Shown here: piece after piece, positions 58,887-64,000 of the stretch | Numbering within the stretch: the stretch's first letter is position 1 | Layout of the letters: the number at the start of each line of letters is the position of its first letter | Assembly (NCBI GenBank): GCA_030295235.1 | Contig: AP026127.1 | Coordinates: forward strand, 806,001-870,000 | Source: Fistulifera solaris | Lineage: Eukaryota | Length of the DNA stretch: 64,000 nt | Reading direction: 5' to 3' | Notes under the pieces: generated by a model | What the model was told of the DNA's origin: nothing | The model's input: the letters and a program-made list of their open reading frames with translations, nothing else | Databases searched by the model: none | Translations under genes and position numbers: made by a program

Positions 58887-59519
58887 TCAGGCTGCGGGAG
58901 AGGTAGCGATGCCAACGCGGCTAGCCAAAACCAAAGTGTTCCGATAAAAGAACTCAAAATTTTCCGCATTCGAGGTCAAGTTGGCTTTCACAGACTCGTC
59001 CATCAGAAGAAGTGTCAGTTCTTCGAGGGCATAAACAGCATATGCTGTTTCATGGACGCAGAACGCCATGTGCGCTATATTGTTGTACAACGCCATGAGC
59101 AGCAAAGACGTGTTGGATTGCCACATCAAGTCAGAGTCGCGTAGAATCTGGAGAGAAAGTCTGTAGAGATTGAAGACTCGGGAGGCAGCGGAGCACTCTT
59201 TCCGCTGTAAAGAATAGGCAACTGCAATGTTGTACAGTAGTAGGGCTGCCAACAAGTTCTCGTCTTGCTTTGTAGAAGTATCGGCGAGCGCGAATACCTT
59301 GTCGAACATGGAAATGATATGATGTTCGTCATGGAGGCCTTCGATGGGACTGGTAACCAATGTATCAGCTGGGCATTCGGAAGGGGCTTGACTTGAATCA
59401 ACAGCTTTTTGGATGATCGCAAGAGCCTCTCTCCACTTGAGAACAGCATTTTCGAGTCGTCCTGTTGTCAAGAGCCCGATGGCTTCGTTGTTTTGAATGC
59501 ATGCTTTATTGAGCGCCAT
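58887..59519 (-). CDS. diatom-type TPR-like helical protein (paralog of 32524-33194)
   Basis: Motifs NNEAIGLL..G....A...WREA, MFDKVF, AALLLYNIAV, LYRLS, LLLMALYNNIAH and FFYRNTL..SPAA-stop. Confidence 0.78.
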   Translation of the reverse strand: MALNKACIQNNEAIGLLTTGRLENAVLKWREALAIIQKAVDSSQAPSECPADTLVTSPIEGLHDEHHIISMFDKVFALADTSTKQDENLLAALLLYNIAVAYSLQRKECSAASRVFNLYRLSLQILRDSDLMWQSNTSLLLMALYNNIAHMAFCVHETAYAVYALEELTLLLMDESVKANLTSNAENFEFFYRNTLVLASRVGIATSPAA

Positions 59520-59849
59520 GCTGAGAGGGGAAGACAATTTTTTTCTGCTTTGTCAACGAATGAAAATGAGAATTCGTATTTGTGCTATGCGCTCGATCAT
59601 GACGAGAGAAGAAGTGATGAAGCGGTCGTTCCTTGTGTCGTTCTTCTGGTTTTTCGACGGAAGGTTGAGTCTTTTTATTTTTTAATGCTTCTATGTTCCG
59701 ATCACCTAATAAGGCCATTTCATAGAAGCTAGTCTACCTTATACAACAAGTGACACACCACGCACCATACAGTACAAGCTATTTTAGTAAGATACAAGGC
59801 ACGAGCTCTTTCATCTTCAAATTCAACTCCAAATGGAAGCTGGGAGCCA

Positions 59850-60770
59850 TGAGAATTGTGAGCTGAGCGCTGATCCGCCTCTCCCCATGAGCCCTGAGCG
59901 TTGAGCGTTGGTCATTGGTCATGCGGTCATGCGGTCATGCGGCATGCGGTCATGTTAAGTGGGCTTGGGGTTGTGAGTTGGGAGTAGTAGTAGTTGGGTT
60001 AAAAGCTAAGGGTATTTTGTAGACTTACAGTAGTAGAATGAAGAATGTAAAAGGTACGTAGTTCCAGGTAAAAGGTTTAAAAGCTAGAGAAGCGAGAAGC
60101 TCCAGGAACCAGGAACAAGAAACAAGAACAAGAAACAAGAACTGATCAGTGATCTGTAGACTGTAGACTACAGTAGCCGTGTTCTTTCCTTGGACTATGA
60201 AATAAGAAGTGTCATAAGGAGAAAGTAGTTCTTGACACTTGACACTTTGAAGCGAACAGTAACCATTAGGAATTAAATATTTAGTTTGTGTTTGTCGTCT
60301 AAAAAAAAAAAAATTAGGCATTAGGCCTATGTTCTATGTTCTATGTTACCTGTAGCCTGTAGCCTGCAGCTGTTAGCCCACAAAAGTCTACAAATAATTA
60401 CAAAATTAATCGATGATGGTTGAGGGATGAGGGATGAGAGCTGAGAACTGAGAAGCTGAGAGCTTATAGCTTATAGCTTATTGGCTTATTATTGCTAAGC
60501 GCTGCTGGTAAGCCTTATTGCAAGTATTTATTGGCTTTTAGCCGCTTTAGCTTCAACCTTCAACCAGCAACAAGCCACTATGCGAAATGCGAAAGCCAAT
60601 AGCCCCCACCAAAACTTCACAGCGTATAGCCCCGGCCGTCATCGTTGGCTGACGCTCGACGCCCAATGAAGACTGAAGACTGAAGACGACTATCAGGCAA
60701 AATACAAGCCAAAGATTGAAAATTTACTGTGTAGTCCGTTTACTCTAGAGAGACTAGAGACTTTCTCTAG
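59850..60770. repeat. zone of heterogeneous ~7-bp tandem duplications
   Basis: (tgagcgt)2, ggtcat(t/gc) run, (ccaggaa)2, (ctgtaga)2, (cttgaca)2, (ctatgtt)3, (cctgtag)2+, (tgaggga)2, (ctgagaa)2, (gcttata)2+, (cttcaac)2, (atgcgaa)2 and (gaagact)3. Confidence 0.9.
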
Positions 60771-61432
60771 AATGGTAAGAACTTTGTAAAACTACTCCGT
60801 ATTAGTTTGCATTTCTCTTTTTACAAATGAGTTTGTTCTTCACGAGCTTAAATCCCCGAATTGTGTTAGAGACAACCATTAATGCTCCTCGATACCTAGT
60901 CCATCAAATGGCGTTGAATTGGTTTGCCTTCTCCGCCATTTCAACGTCACCCATTTCTTTGCATTTAAAAGTGTGTTTGCTAGGAAACCATAGGCCATGG
61001 CGTCATCGAAATCTAGCACACTCTTATTTCAAGGTGTCGTCGACTAATAGACTGCGAATAATCCAGTTCCAATTTTTACCGGCGTCACAGGGTAACCTAG
61101 AAAAAATAGCCGTCTAGGGTTAACGCTGCCGGAAAAGTTCGATCGGCGTATCTCGATTACCGTGTACCCTGCTTCAACGGTTCAACATCCGCCTTATGGC
61201 AAATGAGTCTTGGCGGGAATGAATTGTGCGTCTGCCATCCCGCCCTGTACCTGCCTCGTACCGGTACCTGGTTGGTACGTTGGTACTGGTGGTAGGTTTA
61301 ATGGCGCCGCGCACGACGCACCTCTTGTTCATCATTACTCCGTATTTGTCATTTATTACAAAGAGGGAGGTAGCACTCTTGTCATTGTCATTGTATCTTT
61401 CGAGCAAGGAATTGGCGACGAAGACAATCCCA

Positions 61433-62476
61433 ATGAGCTCTCACGAAAGCGCTCTGTATAGTCTGTCTTCGGGACGTTTAGTAAATCGCCGGAAATGGAA
61501 CGATACGTTGGATGTGCGAAAATGCGCGATCGCCGCTGCCGTTTTGTTGATACTGGCTGCGACAAACCCCGCGAACTGGCAGGCAGCGAATGAACTGACC
61601 ACCAATTACGGCTTGTTTCATCTTCAAGAATACGGCAATCGACTCGTGTTATCTATGGCGTACTTCGATATTAACTGCTATTATCAATCCATACTCGATC
61701 AGCGACAAGGTTTGCAAGATATTTGCACCAGTTTGCGACGTGAATTTGCACATTCCAAACCGCTTCTTTGGGACCCTAATGATCTGGCGCACGTTCTACA
61801 TCGATCAGGTACGATCCTTCTCATTACCGTGGCAGTTTCAGCTGCGTGCCGGCGAAAGTATGTGACCTTTATTCGATCTGGATCGATGGTGATAGACGCA
61901 CTCGCTTCGATTCTTTTACATGATCCTCGGAGACCCCTGCTTGGGCTCTTGTGGTGCCTTTTTCAGGAAAACTTTCTGATTTATCCCGTTTGGAAAGTCT
62001 TGTGTAAGATGGTTCCTCAGCAAGTCGATTCTTCGCTATTTCATGTCTTTGATAAGGACGGCGCGGACATTGCGGTGACGGTGTGTATACTGGTGGGCTT
62101 GGTGGTTCTAATCAACGTGCTGGGATACCGGTTTTGGAATCGGGTCTATTGGTTGCGGTTTGATGGCGTTCTAGCCGTCATGTTGGGCTACTATAGAGGA
62201 ATTCTGGGAGGTCGACCACCGGACTATTCCCTGCGGTGGCTACAGACATTGTTGCGCACTACGGCAATACCATCCTCTGTTTCCGTCCATGCCGTGACAT
62301 GGACATTCGTCCTCGTTCAAGGCTTAGACTCGTTTCCCAAATCGATCTTTACCATTATTGCCAACATTGCGGGCGCCTCTTTGGGGCAGTATCAATATAA
62401 GTATATCGGACAAAATGGCGCCTTTCAGAAAGTGATGGACGATTTCCTGAAGCTATTTGGTGCATCGAACCGGTGA
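61433..62476 (+). CDS. uncharacterised multi-pass membrane protein (start uncertain)
   Basis: Long ORF with several hydrophobic segments; first plausible ATG at 61433. No family recognised. Confidence 0.6.
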   Translation: MSSHESALYSLSSGRLVNRRKWNDTLDVRKCAIAAAVLLILAATNPANWQAANELTTNYGLFHLQEYGNRLVLSMAYFDINCYYQSILDQRQGLQDICTSLRREFAHSKPLLWDPNDLAHVLHRSGTILLITVAVSAACRRKYVTFIRSGSMVIDALASILLHDPRRPLLGLLWCLFQENFLIYPVWKVLCKMVPQQVDSSLFHVFDKDGADIAVTVCILVGLVVLINVLGYRFWNRVYWLRFDGVLAVMLGYYRGILGGRPPDYSLRWLQTLLRTTAIPSSVSVHAVTWTFVLVQGLDSFPKSIFTIIANIAGASLGQYQYKYIGQNGAFQKVMDDFLKLFGASNR

Positions 62477-63469
62477 AGGGGAAAAGGTAGGTTTGCTGTG
62501 TTGCTTGTAAATGCACGCCCAGCTAGAGCCCGCCAGTTCCCTATTTTCCAGGAGCTTTTGTGGGTATATGAAATGCGGGCAAGAGAGAAGGGGTGTCCTA
62601 TTTTTCGCTTGGTCTATAGAAATGCGATTTCCATGATAGATTGAGTAGCCAATGGGCACGACATTTAGTTTCATAAAGCTAACTCACCTTCGCTTTGTTG
62701 CCGGTTCAGGTAAATGGTAAGAGACAGACTGTGATGTGGTGTTGGAATATAAGCATGTGCGAAAAGGATGCAGGGCAGAAGATGAACCCTGGATCTGTTA
62801 CAACAATGCGAGATCGAAAGACGTACACACCGAATGCTTGAGAGATGCTGGCGTCGCGGAGTGACTTGGATGGGAGATTCTACAAACAGAAGATACTAGC
62901 GCCTTCTTGGTCAGTTTGACTGGGAATGGGTACGGCTCTCGGGAGCCGAGATCGAAGCCACATCTCTCATCGATGTCACTTTGTGTGCGCTAGCATTCCA
63001 GCCTCTCTTGACTTCATCGTGTCGTCGTTTCATGGCCTGTTCAGTATCATTCTGAATAGTGAATGCTGCACATCCAGACCATGGAACAGTTTGTTGCCGC
63101 TTGTTCGATCAACGGTCGATTTATCCTTATACTGACATGCCGCGTATCCTCCTTAAGGTCTTCCCTTCAATCATTGCAATGTGCCTCCCATGCGTGTAGC
63201 ACTCTCTTGCGAATGAACAGTAAAATAAAAATAACGTAGACTGGATACATTTAGCCCAGTCACGAGGCGACGATGATGTCACTGTTGTCGCACCGACTGA
63301 ACACGTCACACGAACGGATCTTCGGCGAGCACAATCGCGAACAAGAACGATGATGATCGGCCGCTTCTTTTCGGATGACCCATTGCGCGGTAACACATTC
63401 CGAATGTTTAACCATTTTAGTTGATTGATTGTTAACAAACCAAAAGATACGTTAGCTTTACAAATAAAA

Positions 63470-64000
63470 ATGAAGGCACTCACTAGCGCAATCGCACTCT
63501 CGTGGGGATTGCTGGCAACGAGCGTTCTGTCGGCCCCATTGGAAGATCTCGTCGAGACTCTACCGCTCTTCGGCCGTCCTCCTACAACCATGTTTTCCGG
63601 TTATCTGGATGCATCCGAGGGCTGTGACCTCGAAGCAAACGGCCCCGTTTGTAAAATACATTACTGGCTTGCCATGGCCGAGACAGAAGACCCCACTAAC
63701 GCGCCCGTCGTTCTCTGGCTCAACGGCGGCCCCGGTTCGACGTCCATCATTGGCTTTTTGCAAGAGAATGGACCTCTGCTTATGAATGCGACCGGAGGAC
63801 TCATGGAGAATCCGTGGAGTTGGACGAAATTGGCCAATTTCCTCGTAATAGAGGCCCCCATCGGGGTCGGATACTCGTATTGCTCACGACAGATGGAAGG
63901 CCAACCCTGTCAAAACACGGACAAGTTCACGGCTTCCGCATCGCGTGCCGCTCTCGTGGATTTCTTTACGCACAAATTTCCGGAATTGGCCGACAACGAC
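63470..64000 (+). CDS. serine carboxypeptidase (peptidase S10), 5' part, runs off the window
   Basis: My translation gives signal peptide MKALTSAIALSWGLLATSVLSA, then DLVETLP, MFSGYL, IHYW, PVVLWLNGGPGSTS..GFLQENGP and NPWSWTKLANFLVIEAPIGVGYSY. Confidence 0.93.
   Translation, partial: MKALTSAIALSWGLLATSVLSAPLEDLVETLPLFGRPPTTMFSGYLDASEGCDLEANGPVCKIHYWLAMAETEDPTNAPVVLWLNGGPGSTSIIGFLQENGPLLMNATGGLMENPWSWTKLANFLVIEAPIGVGYSYCSRQMEGQPCQNTDKFTASASRAALVDFFTHKFPELADND

Noticed and set aside
62500..63200. Possible minus-strand gene or pseudogene with an intron-like GTGAGT..TAG
   Set aside because: All three frames are interrupted by stops and no family motif was recognised.
1..64000. tRNA, rRNA, snRNA, telomeric repeats, transposase or reverse transcriptase genes
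   Set aside because: None recognised by eye; a tRNAscan/Rfam/RepeatModeler run would be needed to exclude them formally.

Overview
Gene-dense eukaryotic nuclear DNA, most likely from a pennate diatom. Evidence: short 65-110 bp GT-AG introns, bipartite signal/plastid presequences, and DUF6824-like and diatom-type TPR-like families. I can support about 30 protein genes. Recognisable ones: type II pantothenate kinase, a mitochondrial-carrier-family protein, a GH72 glucanosyltransferase, RTF1, YqgE/AlgH-like, separase, TraB family, PsaN-like, DUF296, an ABHD10-like hydrolase, a Chorein-N-like protein, JMJD4-like, cysteine synthase, eIF3j, DTD1, PP2C, CDK10/11-like and an S10 carboxypeptidase. Many ORFs are broken by single-base deletions in short homopolymers, most likely long-read assembly errors. 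The most unusual structure is non-coding or lineage-specific. (1) Intergenic zones are packed with dozens of different ~7-bp tandem duplications, located upstream of two lineage-specific paralog families. (2) Two arrays 45 kb apart (68-bp and 52-bp units) are built on a related CCAG..AAAT..CTGG hairpin. (3) There is a 230-bp satellite and a dispersed ~60-bp palindromic element. (4) The 9-mer TACTCCGTA occurs at least 9 times. (5) Five paralogous Ser/Pro/Arg-rich RW-motif proteins form one cluster. (6) The RTF1 N-terminus carries 12 histone-tail-like GKxL repeats. No tRNA, rRNA, CRISPR or transposase/RT gene was recognised. All family assignments are from motif recognition by eye; no searches were run.
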